Source: Rhodosorus marinus CCMP1338 (lineage: Eukaryota; Plantae; Rhodophyta). Taken from it: DNA of 64,000 bases. A model generated the notes under the pieces. The model made no database searches and was not told where the DNA came from. It saw only the letters and a list, made by a program, of their open reading frames with translations. The first letter of the stretch is position 1, and every line of letters begins with the position of its first letter. The stretch covers positions 62,001 through 126,000 of the forward strand of contig JAMWBK010000005.1 of assembly GCA_029953675.1 (NCBI GenBank), given 5' to 3'. Both the position numbers and the translations under genes were made by a program. Positions 10,725-22,700 of this stretch are shown piece by piece.

Positions 10725-13700
10725 ATGAAGAGCTACAAAATCCTTCTGTTGGCGGCGGTATGTGGTACGTGGTTATATGCATGCGCAGCTGCGCACGGAG
10801 TAAGCGTGGTCAATGACGCATGTACTGGGTGGGGTTTACCCGACGAAATATGCGCCATGGCGATGGATGAAACGCAGGAGTTGGTCGAGGCGAAGCCTCA
10901 GAACAAGTTGACGATCTACGCGCCATACTTTTACGTTCTCGACTTCTCTCAGAACAATACTGAAACGACGACGTTGTTCGGGGGCAACACTTTTGTCGAG
11001 ATCTATGGGTTCTACGTTATGATCAAAGGGAAGGCAGGCGTTACAGCCAATATGAAAGGCACTACACTCTTCATTTTTGCCTCGATTATCGATATACAGA
11101 GTGATGGATCGTTTGCGCTGGATGTCAGTGGTCTTCCAGTAGACGTTGCTCCACCGACCGTGCCTCCTGCTCTTCCCCTGCCGGCTCCCGCGCCACGGTT
11201 TTCCGGGCAACCAGGGAAGACGGGTGTAGCCGGTGATGCAGGAGGGAGTGGAACAGACGGGAACCCTGGCGGGAAGTTCATAATGATCACCAAACATTTA
11301 AACCTCACGTCACTTCACTCTGAAGGGCATGATTTCACGATCATCAACGATGGGAGCGCAGGGTCGATTGGTGGAAAAGGTGGACCTGGACAGACCGGCG
11401 GCACAGGAGCTAGTGGAGTGTCCTGCAGCCTACATAGCACGAAATTCGGAACGAACAACGATCCCAACTGCTGTAAGTTCTGCCATGCATCGTTTGGCAA
11501 ATGGGAGCGATGCAACATTTACCAAGCTGGTCAGCCTGGGGCGGGAGGTCCGGGAGGTCCCGGGGGACCTGGTGGCAGAGGTGCAGGCCCCGGATGGGTA
11601 TCTGTGTATTCTAACTCAGCAAGCGGAGCGGAGAACAAGCCGATAGATAATGATACAGTCGAAGGTATGATCCTATCCACGGGCAAGCATGGGGAGGTGG
11701 GGTTGGGAGGGCCAGGTGGTGATGGTGGAGCTGGTGCACACAACGACCCCAACGCGCTATGTACGACGTATACGGAGGGCCTACCTTTCACGACGAAATA
11801 TCAAGGCAAGGCTTCCGTGAATGCCACGGGATTACCTGGCCCTCAAGGGCCCGCAGGAACCAATGGGACGACATTCGGATACGCAAGGCCGAAGTTCATT
11901 CGGGCGACGGTCAATTCGACGGGGAATCCGTACGATGGGAACCACTACGAGTATCCGCAGGACTGGGTTTACCAACAAAACGTCGAACCAGTGGAGTACC
12001 TGGGCTTCGGACTGGAGCTTTCTGAGAACATGCTTAACTCGTTGGCATTCGTTGACGACGACGTCGGTGCTCAGAACACGTACAACCTGATTCTCCAGTC
12101 GGTGAGCGATATGATGTACAACGCCCAGTTAATGGTGAACCGTACCTCCGACTCCACGACCAAGAAGCTCTACGCCTCCTACGTGAACAAAGCGTGGACT
12201 TTGATCAAGAGCATCAACCGGGTGAGCTCGCCGGGTGGGTCGCCTCTTGGACAAGTGTCGATCGCGAGCTTCGAGCAGCAGCTTGATGACCTGGTAGAGT
12301 TTCGAGATCTTGCCGAGGTGGTGGAAGGGTACTATGCCGAGTACGCCAAGGAGGTGAACAACACGGCGACATCGGAGAGGATCCTATTGAATGCCACCAA
12401 TAGTTCGTTGGTCGGAGTTCAACAGCAGACGACTCTACAGCAGCAGATCTACAAGAGCCTGGCGAAGATGAACGAGACGTTGGATGACGTCGCTCTGAAG
12501 ATCCAGATGACAAAATTCGCACTCAACACGGACCAGCAGGAGCTCAATGAGTGTTGGGAGGAGGCTCAAAAGGCCTTGCAGTTCCAAAAGGTCATGGATT
12601 TTGTCTCCTTTGTCGCGGCTGTCGCAGACTTTGGGCTTGGAGCCACCAAGCTCGTAGGTCAGGCGTCCCAAGTGATCAGTAAGGGCGCCACATTCTTTAA
12701 GGGTATCAACGCGGCGTCGGGGTTCAAGTACAACAGTATTCCTGGGCTTATGACCAAGATTCAACAGCTCGTTCCAGGACCCGGGCAGTCCTCAAACTGG
12801 GAACCGTACGCATCGAGTATGGAGCTAGTGGAGGGGGATCAGTCGAGTCTGGCCGGCTACGAGGGAGGGCTCTCCAGCGCTCTTGAAGGGATCTACCACG
12901 CGGACAACTACGAGGATGCTCAAGAAATCTTTAAGAAGATGAACGAGACGGCGGACGACTATAGATCCGCAAGAATAAGTATGGCGAAGACAGAGGTGAC
13001 CAACAAAGTCAACGCGATGAAGTCGGCATGCCCAGGACAAGCCCAAGAGTTTTTCCGAAGTTTTGATACGCTTCAGATGTGGGTCAACCAGCGCAACGAT
13101 CTACTCGCGGTCTACACCGCCCTCGTTTCTTATTTCAACCGCGTTACGGCGAAGAAACTCTACTTGGAGAATGTCGCACAGAACACTCTTGTTGAACTCC
13201 AACAGAACACCATCAATCCAGCTTCTCTCGCCGTACTTAACGTACACCAGGAGACCTACAACATGATGGTTGACCAGTTCTCGAAGAACTTGGGTCTCGT
13301 TCTCAACGCGAGGAGCTACCTGATGATGGGGGCGGGTAGCAGTCCCTCTTCCCTATCGTTTGCCAACTGTCGTTGGGAGACGTCTATTATGAAGGACTCG
13401 AACAACATGTTTTTCAAGTGTGCCGCGAATGCCGTGCTTCAGCTGAAGAACGCGCTTTCGCAGTGGCACACGTCTACCTACTCGAAGAACCAGCTGGTGG
13501 ACTGGATGTCGTACTGGGGTCCAGTTGAGCTCAACGAGGAGTCCATAGGTTCCGATCGATGGGCAGATTTCAAAAAAACGGGCGTTCTCAGCTTCTGCCT
13601 GGATCCCACCGAGCCGAGTTTCAACAAGGGCCCGGGCATGAGCGCCGGGATGTTCTTCCCGCTGATAAGCATGGACAGCATCTACGTTGTTATGGACGGT

Positions 13701-14516
13701 GCACCGGAAGAGGGTGTGCGAGTTGACATTCAACATATGGCATCGTCTGGAGTTGTTCGGGCGATGGAGAACCCGACGAGCGGTGACTCCGCGCATCCCT
13801 ACCTGACAAAGAAGTTTACACATGTTGACAGGGACCTTCGATTCATTTACGCTGGAGAGGCTCCAGCGGACGATAAGGTCAGCATGCTTACCTGGATGAA
13901 GTCGACGAACATCTCGGTGAAGGCGGACGTCGGAGACCCAAGTGAGACACTTAGAATAAGTCCGTTCAGCAACTACCAAATCGAGACCGACGTTGGCATT
14001 CTTGAGGACGTGAACAACGTACGGGTGTATTACACTGGACACTATGTGCCAGCAGCAGACTTTAATATCCCGCCGATCTCCTCTTTATCGGAAACCATCA
14101 TGTGCCCTTCCACTGTTGCGAAACCAGCAGCAACCCCGACGCCAACGACCTCTCCATCAGACACCAGCAAGACGACCGCGGCAGGAAAGGATTTGAAATC
14201 CTACTCGGCATCCGCAGAACTCGTGAGGAGATATGAATTGCCCGACGGATCATACACCAAAGCATGTCGAATCAGCTTTGAATACCCCGTTGGAGGGCAG
14301 CGCCCAGAGCATATCAAACTCGAATGGAAGTGGGAACAGTACCAGGAAGGCACCAACTGGGAGTACAGCAACGAAATTTCAATGGCAATCAATGGAGCAC
14401 AAGCCATCCTCACATTCAACAATACTCCAGAGGCAGTCAACGAACCCACTCCTGCTGTACTGCTAACTGATAGCTGTCCTACGAACCTTCGAGTGGTTAG
14501 CCAGTACCCTCTGTAG
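10725..14516 (+). CDS. Large secreted protein (1263 aa): signal peptide, Gly-X-Y/Gly-rich segments with Cys-rich loops, long helical region, C-terminal beta domain
   Basis: Uninterrupted ORF with a hydrophobic N-terminus; collinear paralog at 24445..28368. Confidence 0.9.
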   Translation: MKSYKILLLAAVCGTWLYACAAAHGVSVVNDACTGWGLPDEICAMAMDETQELVEAKPQNKLTIYAPYFYVLDFSQNNTETTTLFGGNTFVEIYGFYVMIKGKAGVTANMKGTTLFIFASIIDIQSDGSFALDVSGLPVDVAPPTVPPALPLPAPAPRFSGQPGKTGVAGDAGGSGTDGNPGGKFIMITKHLNLTSLHSEGHDFTIINDGSAGSIGGKGGPGQTGGTGASGVSCSLHSTKFGTNNDPNCCKFCHASFGKWERCNIYQAGQPGAGGPGGPGGPGGRGAGPGWVSVYSNSASGAENKPIDNDTVEGMILSTGKHGEVGLGGPGGDGGAGAHNDPNALCTTYTEGLPFTTKYQGKASVNATGLPGPQGPAGTNGTTFGYARPKFIRATVNSTGNPYDGNHYEYPQDWVYQQNVEPVEYLGFGLELSENMLNSLAFVDDDVGAQNTYNLILQSVSDMMYNAQLMVNRTSDSTTKKLYASYVNKAWTLIKSINRVSSPGGSPLGQVSIASFEQQLDDLVEFRDLAEVVEGYYAEYAKEVNNTATSERILLNATNSSLVGVQQQTTLQQQIYKSLAKMNETLDDVALKIQMTKFALNTDQQELNECWEEAQKALQFQKVMDFVSFVAAVADFGLGATKLVGQASQVISKGATFFKGINAASGFKYNSIPGLMTKIQQLVPGPGQSSNWEPYASSMELVEGDQSSLAGYEGGLSSALEGIYHADNYEDAQEIFKKMNETADDYRSARISMAKTEVTNKVNAMKSACPGQAQEFFRSFDTLQMWVNQRNDLLAVYTALVSYFNRVTAKKLYLENVAQNTLVELQQNTINPASLAVLNVHQETYNMMVDQFSKNLGLVLNARSYLMMGAGSSPSSLSFANCRWETSIMKDSNNMFFKCAANAVLQLKNALSQWHTSTYSKNQLVDWMSYWGPVELNEESIGSDRWADFKKTGVLSFCLDPTEPSFNKGPGMSAGMFFPLISMDSIYVVMDGAPEEGVRVDIQHMASSGVVRAMENPTSGDSAHPYLTKKFTHVDRDLRFIYAGEAPADDKVSMLTWMKSTNISVKADVGDPSETLRISPFSNYQIETDVGILEDVNNVRVYYTGHYVPAADFNIPPISSLSETIMCPSTVAKPAATPTPTTSPSDTSKTTAAGKDLKSYSASAELVRRYELPDGSYTKACRISFEYPVGGQRPEHIKLEWKWEQYQEGTNWEYSNEISMAINGAQAILTFNNTPEAVNEPTPAVLLTDSCPTNLRVVSQYPL

Positions 14517-14589
14517 GTGCTAAGAATTTTATTCAAATGAAAGCACTGCGCTTCAACGCAGTCTTAATGTTAAAATTATATTGGTTTTC

Positions 14590-15215
14590 AATGACTTCAC
14601 TGTACTTGCAACCACCGAATGTAGCGCTAGAGAGGCTAGAGGAAAAGAGAAAGGGCTAGGCTAGGGAGACTCCACCTCATCGCAGCCGCGATGAAAAGCT
14701 TTGGACATGTAGACAAGTCGGGTTTGGAGTGGTTGCGGAAATGTTTTGCTGAGCATCCTGCTGAATACTTGGCGCTCTGACGGCGTTTAAGTGTCTCCCT
14801 GTGGCAATATTCCAGCCACGTGCTTTCCGAGGCACGCCATCGGCGCCTGGGGTTGCATGCTTCCCAACCTAGTTCTTAGTTCCTCTTCACGCCTTGCGTA
14901 GCGCGTCAGGCTATGTTAGTAAAGGATATGCTAGTAAAGTCCAGTAAAGGATCACAAAGCGGACGCGCAAACGCTCGTGCGGGTGGACCTTAATCGCGAG
15001 CTATGGCGTGGTACGGCTCGCCTGGCGATCCATGCCATGCGCAAAGATAATCATGTTCGGACGATGTTCCCTGTAGAAACTAGTCTTCTACCCCGCTCCG
15101 GGGTCTCCTTAGCCTAGCCCCTCCTGGTTTTCTCTAGTCCCTCTAGCGCTACATTCGGTAGTTGAAGTAAATGAAGAAGTAAAGGATCAAGTAAAGGATC
15201 AACATGTAAAGGATC
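14590..15215. mobile_element. Cluster of short 3' fragments: D (-, 14590-14672), C (+, about 14690-14948), D (+, about 14950-15215)
   Basis: Matches to the D end (cctagcccctcc...ctacattcggtagttgaag) and the C end (ggctatgctagtaaagtccag); gtaaaggatc tail repeats. Confidence 0.85.
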
Positions 15216-17125
15216 ATGAACCTCGTTTTTCAAGCTATCGATGCTCGCTTGGAGTATTTACGAGGCTTGGACACAACCAATCATACCACGAGTCCTGTTG
15301 ATGACGCCGCTGGGACCGGGAGTGAGGAGCTCGATGGGTCTCCTTCTCCACACCTGGCTAAAGAAGGTGATTCATTGCATGTCTCAGATGCCGGGGTTTC
15401 GTCCACGGATCCTCCAGACGCGCAGGTAGACAGTACAACGGACGTTCGCCAAGGTGCAGCTCCACAGACAACTCGTCACCGGACCCCTTCTTCGCCACCG
15501 TCCACCTCTGAGGCCATGGCCCTTGACTCTGCGAGTGCACCTGAACCTGGTCCGCAGATAACTGAGGATGAGAGCGAGAGCCCGCAAAGCAAGAAACCCC
15601 GTGTTACGATCGCTGAACAAGAGGACCTTTCTCTCCAAGCATGACTGGGCGTCGTCCAAGTTCCAGTTCCCGCACGCGTAAAGAGTCCGCCAACCGCAGA
15701 TGTTCTACATGGACGTGGACCGCTGGGTTACTCGGCTTGACCTGTTCCTGCAAACACACACCGAGAATGGCACCCTTTGGTGGGCTTTGACTCACCCCCC
15801 TACGAATACGCGAGAACACGTCCCTTCGCGACAAGTCCCAGCATGGAGCGCGCTTTTCAAATATGCCCTGGAAGTGGCCCTGGATGACAGCGCCCCGGAC
15901 CTCCGCCGCCTTTTTGTCCAGGTACTGCCTAGTCTGATCCTGAGATATGCTCGTGATCTTACCATGCCTGCCCAAGTCGAGGGTATAACAGCTTGGGAAC
16001 GACTTAGAACCCTTGTGGCGTGCAATTTCTGCCTTGCTACTCGTCAGCGCACAACTGCCGCTTCTTCTGCAACTCGTACTCCGCGCTCGCCGTTTTCCTC
16101 CCCGTCGCGTCCTCCCATAAGGCGAAAAATCGCCGCCTCTCTCAAGCAGCACAGCACATCCTTTCGACCCCGGCACTTTTGAGAACTCAACAAACCTGGG
16201 AGGTCCTCGAAGCGATGTTCCCGGACGTTCCACGACGCGGTCCAACATCCCCAACTGGAGGAGTGTTTGTCTTGCCAGTCTCCATGCTTCTGCACCTCGG
16301 CCGGAGTCCCTTATGGGAAGCTCCGGCTGGCTTCGGATGAATCGCTACTTGCACTTCTACAACGACTCCCGCTGGTATAAGCCCTGGCCCGAGTGGCCTT
16401 CGGGTAGAGCACCTGCAGGCTCTCGAACACCATGTCCGCCCAGCCATGGTCGGTTCCTTCGAATGATGATTATCACGGACCCCGAGAATCTGCCAGAGAT
16501 CCCTACTCCACAGCCTCCGGAGTAGTCGTATCGTGCCTCTGGCTAAGAACCCCACCTCGGAGTCGAGGACTTCTTCACCCCGCCTACGCCTCATTGGCAT
16601 TCCCGAGGTGCTGAGCAAGGTTTGCTTCGCAATGGGTCTTACAGCACGTCGTGCCCCGCGCTCGTGATTTCCTGCTGCCTACTCAACTCGGTGTTGGCGT
16701 CTCCGGGGGCTGTGAAGCAGTCACTCCACACGCTCCAGGCTCATCTACACTATGAACCTGACCACATTCTACTGAAAATCGACCTGGAGAACGCGTTTAA
16801 CCGCATCGATCGCCGTCTTGCAGAAAGCGCATCATCGAGAAGCGCGCTTTCCGGGTTGCCTCCCTCTCTATGTGCTTAAGGTATGGTCGTGATTCGGCGG
16901 ATGGACTTTGCGTACCACTTCGGCTGGCATTCCATAGCAACGATGCGGCATCCCCTTCTTCCGCTCGAAGAGACCGCTTCTTATTCCGCTCGCGTACTGG
17001 CGTTCAACAAGGGATCCATCTCTCGCACCGGTGCTGCATGCCTTGGCCCTTTCGCCTTTTCTTATGGCGAAAACGCACTCTCTTTCCCCGCATCACGGTA
17101 CTCGCGCTCCATGACGACATTAGCG
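15216..17125 (+). mobile_element. Family D copy: partial ORF1 plus frameshifted ORF2, truncated just after the RT HDD motif
   Basis: Near-identical to 34697-36380; ORF1 stop overlaps ORF2 start (ATGA, 15641-15644). Confidence 0.88.
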
Positions 17126-17169
17126 TGCACCACCAATGAAACCGCTCGCGCTCCATGACGACATTAGCG

Positions 17170-17420
17170 TGCACCACCAATGAAACCGCACCGAGAGAAT
17201 AATCGACCACACCCAACCCAAATAGGAAAGGCCCCATAACGCACACCCACCCGGAAGACAGAAGTAGTTGCAAATGCAAACGACGCTTGCCGCGGAAAAT
17301 CGAGGGAAGGCGTACCAGAGGGAAAGCGCTTCCCGTAAACAGAAGACACGCTCGCGACCGAAAAAAGAAACAAAACCCCGAAACCAATTTCGTTCGATCC
17401 TCCTCCTCCAGCTTTAGCCT
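17170..17420 (-). mobile_element. Family A 5' end fragment
   Basis: Reverse complement of about 107-250 (ggggttttgtttctttttcggtcgcgagcg...). Confidence 0.8.
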
Positions 17421-17759
17421 CCCAAAGGTCTATAATGAGGCTTCACTAGGCGCTACCTTATCGGTGAAAAGGGGTGAGATAGGGGCATATATGGCTTAGA
17501 ATGGGGGCATATTTCAGGTGTCTATTCGCTACTAGATTGGGACCCCTTCAGTACTGGTGGATCCATAGTGAAAGGCCTGAGCGGGCTCAGAGGGTGGCTG
17601 GTGAGATTGTATTTGCTGGGTCCTTCTTGTTTACTACCGAGGCTCAGATAAAGCTCAGGGAGCTTGGAATCCCCACGATGGGTTCTAATGTGCGTCTACG
17701 GCCACATACGTGAGCCTCAGGGGCATGTCAGGTTGCGGCTGGTGATGATTGATTGGATT

Positions 17760-18740
17760 TGCGATACAGACCCTTTAGATCCATGCTGAGGACCGTTCTG
17801 GGGCTCCAAGGAAGTCAGAGTGGCCTCTGAGGTTGGCTGGTTGAGTTTGATTGAGCTTTGGAAATGGAGCAATGGAGGGATCCAAGAAAGGGGCCAAGGA
17901 GGCTCCGATTTGGGGCTCCAGATGAGTCATTTCAGGTGGCTGGAAAGTGCTTTGAAAAGGGGTCGAAGGAGGTTCAAAATGAGGGCTCAGATGGGGCTCC
18001 AAAGGGGTCAAAATGGGGGCCAAAAGAGGGCTAATTTGGGTCCCAGGAGGCCCTTCAAATGGTGGCTATTGATTGGTAGCAGATGATGGTTTTGGGGGCC
18101 TTGTTTCCTGCTGTGGCGCATGAATGCCGCTTTGATGTTGGAGGCGCGAGTACTTCGCCGCGCTTAGTCTTTTTTTCCCCTCGGGGTTTTTTTTTTCAGC
18201 CTTCGATTAAACCATTCGTTCGTTCGTTCCAGGTTTCTGTCGATCAGGGGTCAATTTCCGGACATTTTTGCAAGTTTAGCACTGAACAGCCTTTTCACGT
18301 TCACGACTAAAACGTTGGGACCTGTGTAGGTACCGAACGAATGGTTTAAAAAGGTACCGGGGCAAATCGCAATTTAGTACTGTACAGCCCTTTTTTGTAC
18401 ACGGGGTTTCTCAACGGTTTTCGAGGTCCAAGGGGTCAAAATGGGGTCCAAAATGGCTTCGAGATTGGGTGGCTGGTGAGTGGTTTTTGAAGGTCTATTT
18501 TGAGGGCTCAGAGGGGTCCTTTTTGGGGGTCCTCAGGGGTCCGATTTGGCGCTCCAAAGGGGTCTCAAAGAAGGCTCCAAGGAGGCTCCAAGAAGGGGCT
18601 CAGATCGAGATCTCAGAGGTCGCAGGAGACCGTTCGAGGCTCCAGATTTTCGAAGGAGGGGGTGGGGCTGAATGGGGTGGCTGGTTGTGAGCTTTCGTTG
18701 ACGCTCTTTGGATCGAAAGGGGCAAAATGAGGGGATGTGG
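17760..18740. repeat. Degenerate G-rich repeats (ggggtcaaaatgggg, gggctcaga, ggctcc) interrupted by A fragments (18105-18228 +, 18336-18351 -)
   Basis: Short motifs recur with strong strand skew; no convincing ORF. Confidence 0.55.
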
Positions 18741-19035
18741 CTAGGTAAATATTGCTTCGCAGGGTCTGTTCACTACTGATTCAGATTTGTTCACTACTAA
18801 AGTCTTCAGAAGAGGGCACATTTATTGCGAAAACAAGCGGGTTTACCCGGTACCTACACGGCTTTTTCAACGACTTTTATGTCTATGCTGAGCAACGTTC
18901 ACTACTAAAGTTGACCAATCAGCGCCATATTGGGCGAAAAGGGGGCGAAGAGGAGGGCTGGTTTAGGGCTAGATATACCTAGCACTACATGTAGGGTATA
19001 TAAAATGCTACCCATTCTATGAGTCAGGGTCAGGG

Positions 19036-19762
19036 GGGTCATCACTGCCCAACATCAACTGGACTGTGGCAACGTAGGCACGACGAAATCTGCAGAGAGC
19101 TGGCACGGTGGCTGACGAACGAATGGTTTAATCGGAGGCTGAAAAAAAAAACCCCGAGGGGGTTAAGGCGATGGAACTTCATGGACGTAGAGCAAGAACC
19201 TGAGGGGTACTTCGAGAACTACGGACTGCGACCTGATGTCGTTGCTAGGCATCCGAGGACCAAACAAAGGTATGCGCTGGATGTGACGGTGGTGTCACCA
19301 TTACAGGGAAAATATTTGCGTCGGAGCCCAGATGATAGCGGATACGCGGCGAGAGCTGCGGAGAAGTGGAAAATCGCTCACTACAAAGAAGCGATGGTGA
19401 TGGAGAAACCGGATGATAAGTTCATCCCGATAGCAATAGAGACGTTTGGGCGTACGGGGCAAATGGCACAGGAGTTCCTCCGGGACAGCTGCAAGCACTT
19501 ACTGCACAGGAGTGAGGAGCTGAGAGACGTGAGATCGCAGATAAACCGGCAACTATGGCGAGGTAACGCAGAGATAGCATTAGGCGCTTTGCGCGTGGAC
19601 CAGTTGGAGAATCCGCTGGTGCCTGTTTTTTTCTTTTGAACGTAGCATGAGACCCCGGTAGCGGGGTTCCAGTAAGTTTCTCCCTAGATAGGATTAGACA
19701 TAGTGTTGCGCTGCAGTAGGCAGCTGCCCACTAAAGCTTACGGTTACGTTAGTCTGGGGTTA
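19036..19762 (+). mobile_element. Family B 3' fragment containing a ~45-nt family A micro-insertion (about 19114-19162)
   Basis: RLE ORF 19019..19639, B 3' UTR and gttacgttagtctgggg tail. Confidence 0.9.
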
Positions 19763-22700
19763 CGCATCAACTGCTCAAAAGAACTTCAATCAGTGACAGG
19801 ACGTCTGAATGAGCTCGCCAAAAAACCGCATATGTGGCAAGACGGACGAGCCACTACGACCCCGCCTCAACCCCCGCAGCAGCACCCGCGGACGGCCGCG
19901 GTCAATCAACATGCGGCAGAACCCATCATCAATCAACTTGCGGAGGGGACAGGTGTCCTTGCCTCACTGGACTATGCCACGGCCTTCCCTGTTGCCGGTA
20001 CCAGCAGCACACGGCCAACGTACGCTCAGAGGACTGTCCAAAGTACTCCAGCTCGAGAATCAGAGGCTCAACTCCGACCAGCCGGGCGCCCGGGCCCACA
20101 GAGCCAGCAGGCAGCGCTGCGACAGTTGCACGCCACTGTGGGAGGGGTCCTCCTGGGGACCTGAGACCAAGCCGGTACTGGCGACCCTGAGGAATGTAAG
20201 ACCGCCACGGTTGGACGAGGTAGCCCCATCGGATTTCACTACGGTTCTTTGCAGAGCCTTGGGGATTCCGAGCTCTTATGTAGCGCACGTGGACTTCATC
20301 GCTTCCCACGCGTGCTTACTCTCACATCCGGACGCGATTCCGATTCTACAAAGCGCCATCTCTCGGGGCGTTTTCAGGACGGGCATCTTCGGTTCGTTCA
20401 CCCAGAGACACCCCGATCGGCAAGTGACTCTCTACACGGGCCAGGCACTGGACACAGACAACCTGTTGGGCTATAATGAACGTCAGCTCATTGCCCCAGC
20501 GAATATCGGGGCTCAGACCCTGAAACGGGGGATTGAACAGACTATCCGGATCCGCGCGCGGCTTCGCAAAAGGCAACTCTCGTTCAACACACTCGCAGCG
20601 ATACACGAGTACCTGGAGAGCAGGCTCGGAACCCTACAAGCCACACAACGTACTCAAACGGTACCCGGGGAGAGCGCGGAACCCCCAGCGCCTGCCGCCG
20701 CCACGAGCGCAGACCCTGAAGCCTCGTCCCTCACAGGAGACGCACAGGCAGCCCGTGGGACAGTCGACGCTCCGGGTAATCCCTTAGAGACTTCCCAAGT
20801 ACCTGAAGAACCAGCTGCCGAGGATAACCCTCACGCAGAGCTCCTCTGCAACCTCCCCGAGCCTCCTCAACACAAGCGGTCGCGAGTAACCACTGATGGC
20901 ACAGGCCAGGATACCGAGATGATTCTCGCAGCCCCAGAAGCACCTCAGCGAGATACACATGCCCAGACCCACTCCGCAGCCCACGATAATGCGATGGACA
21001 TCCAGACCAGTCAGGAAGACACAACCCAATAATGCCGAGCCGACATAGGGGAATCAAACGCAGACGGGAAGAACCTCTTTTCTTCTCCAAGCGACAGGAC
21101 TGGATTGAACGCTGGAATGTTTTCGTTAACGATATCACGGACAGAGGAAGGTTGTGGACTCGCCTCGCACACTGCCCCGTCCCTACTCGACGCTTCGTAC
21201 CTCGCGCACACGTCAACGACTGGAGCAGACTCCTTCGGGTCGCCCTGGAGCTGACAATGGACCGCAGCGCACCAGTGAATGCTAGCCTCTTCCTCTCCGG
21301 GCTCCCAGGATTGGTTCTCGGGTACACTGCTCTTCCAATCGGCACGCAGTTCACGCACGTACTCGAAGGCGAGTTTCACACGGTCTGGACTGCGCTCGAG
21401 GAATATGCCTCCAACCAGACCCTTCGTACTGCCCTAGGCGGACCTGAAATAGACCAGAAACAGGCGCAAAGGCGGCGAAAACAGGCCCTGAAATTGGCAC
21501 ATCTCGGACGCCTCTCACACGCGGCCCGCAGAGTGCAGGCCACCGAACTCGCTCCATTTACCAACGCTACGTGGCAACAACTGGAGGAACTCTTTCCGGA
21601 CCAGACGGAGTGCTCCCTACCGGTGGATGTCGATCCAGCCCTACAAAACCTGCTCTCCAAGGACACCGATAATCTCCGGAGAAGATGGAATGCCCGACTA
21701 GCAGCAGACGAAGGTATCCTCGCGATAATAGCCCGGCTTCCCCAAGGTACTAGCCCCGGGCCTAGCGGACTCCGAGCAGAACACCTGCAGGGAGCCACCC
21801 AGAACGTCCAAGTGGCTCTAGTCCGCGTTCTCCGGCAACTTGCTACGGCACCAGAGAAGTTTCCACCCCAGATGACCCTGGCAATGCGTAGCAGCAGACT
21901 ACTGCCGTTTGAAAAACCCACGAGCAACACAACCGTTGCAGCGAGACCTGGCATCCGGCCGATCGGAGTCCCCGAAGTCCTCCGAAAGGTGGCCACACAG
22001 TGGATCCTTCGTTCGGTCACCGACCGCGTTAAGAAACTGCTCATACCTCTACAACTGGGCATCGGAGTTAGCGGTGGTTGTGAACGATCACTACACGCGA
22101 TCCAGGCACAGCTCTCGTGCGAACCTGACGCCGTCGTCTTACGGCTCGACCTGGAGAACGCGTTCAACCGCATTGACCGCCGCATCGCAAAGCAAATCCT
22201 GGACCACCATTTCCCCGAGCTGAAAGCCGTGTACCGGCAGCTACAGGAAACGACAGCACGGAAGCTCCTACACTCTTCGGATGGCGTGATAACCACGATG
22301 CAGACCAAGACGACACCCACCGCTTGACACTTCGGGCCAGAACGGGAGTTCAACAGGGAGATCCCCTAGGACCGATCCTACATGCGCTCTCCCTGGCGCC
22401 TTTCTTGGAAGCATTGCACAACAAAGCACCTAATTTAACCATTGTGGCAATCCATGACGATATCACCATCGTAGGGCAGCTACCACTACTGAAAGACGTA
22501 CTACACTGGGGACAGGCACTACTACCCTCACTCGGAGCCCGACTGCAGCTTGCCAAGTGCACATTGTACGGCACCTCGATGACCACGCCACGACTGGTCA
22601 GCCGCGAGATCCCTGGCGTCACGACGACGCGAGACGGAGTTACAATCCATTCCATTCCGATTGGAACTCGCGCTTACATCCAAAGCGAGTGCCGGCGGCT

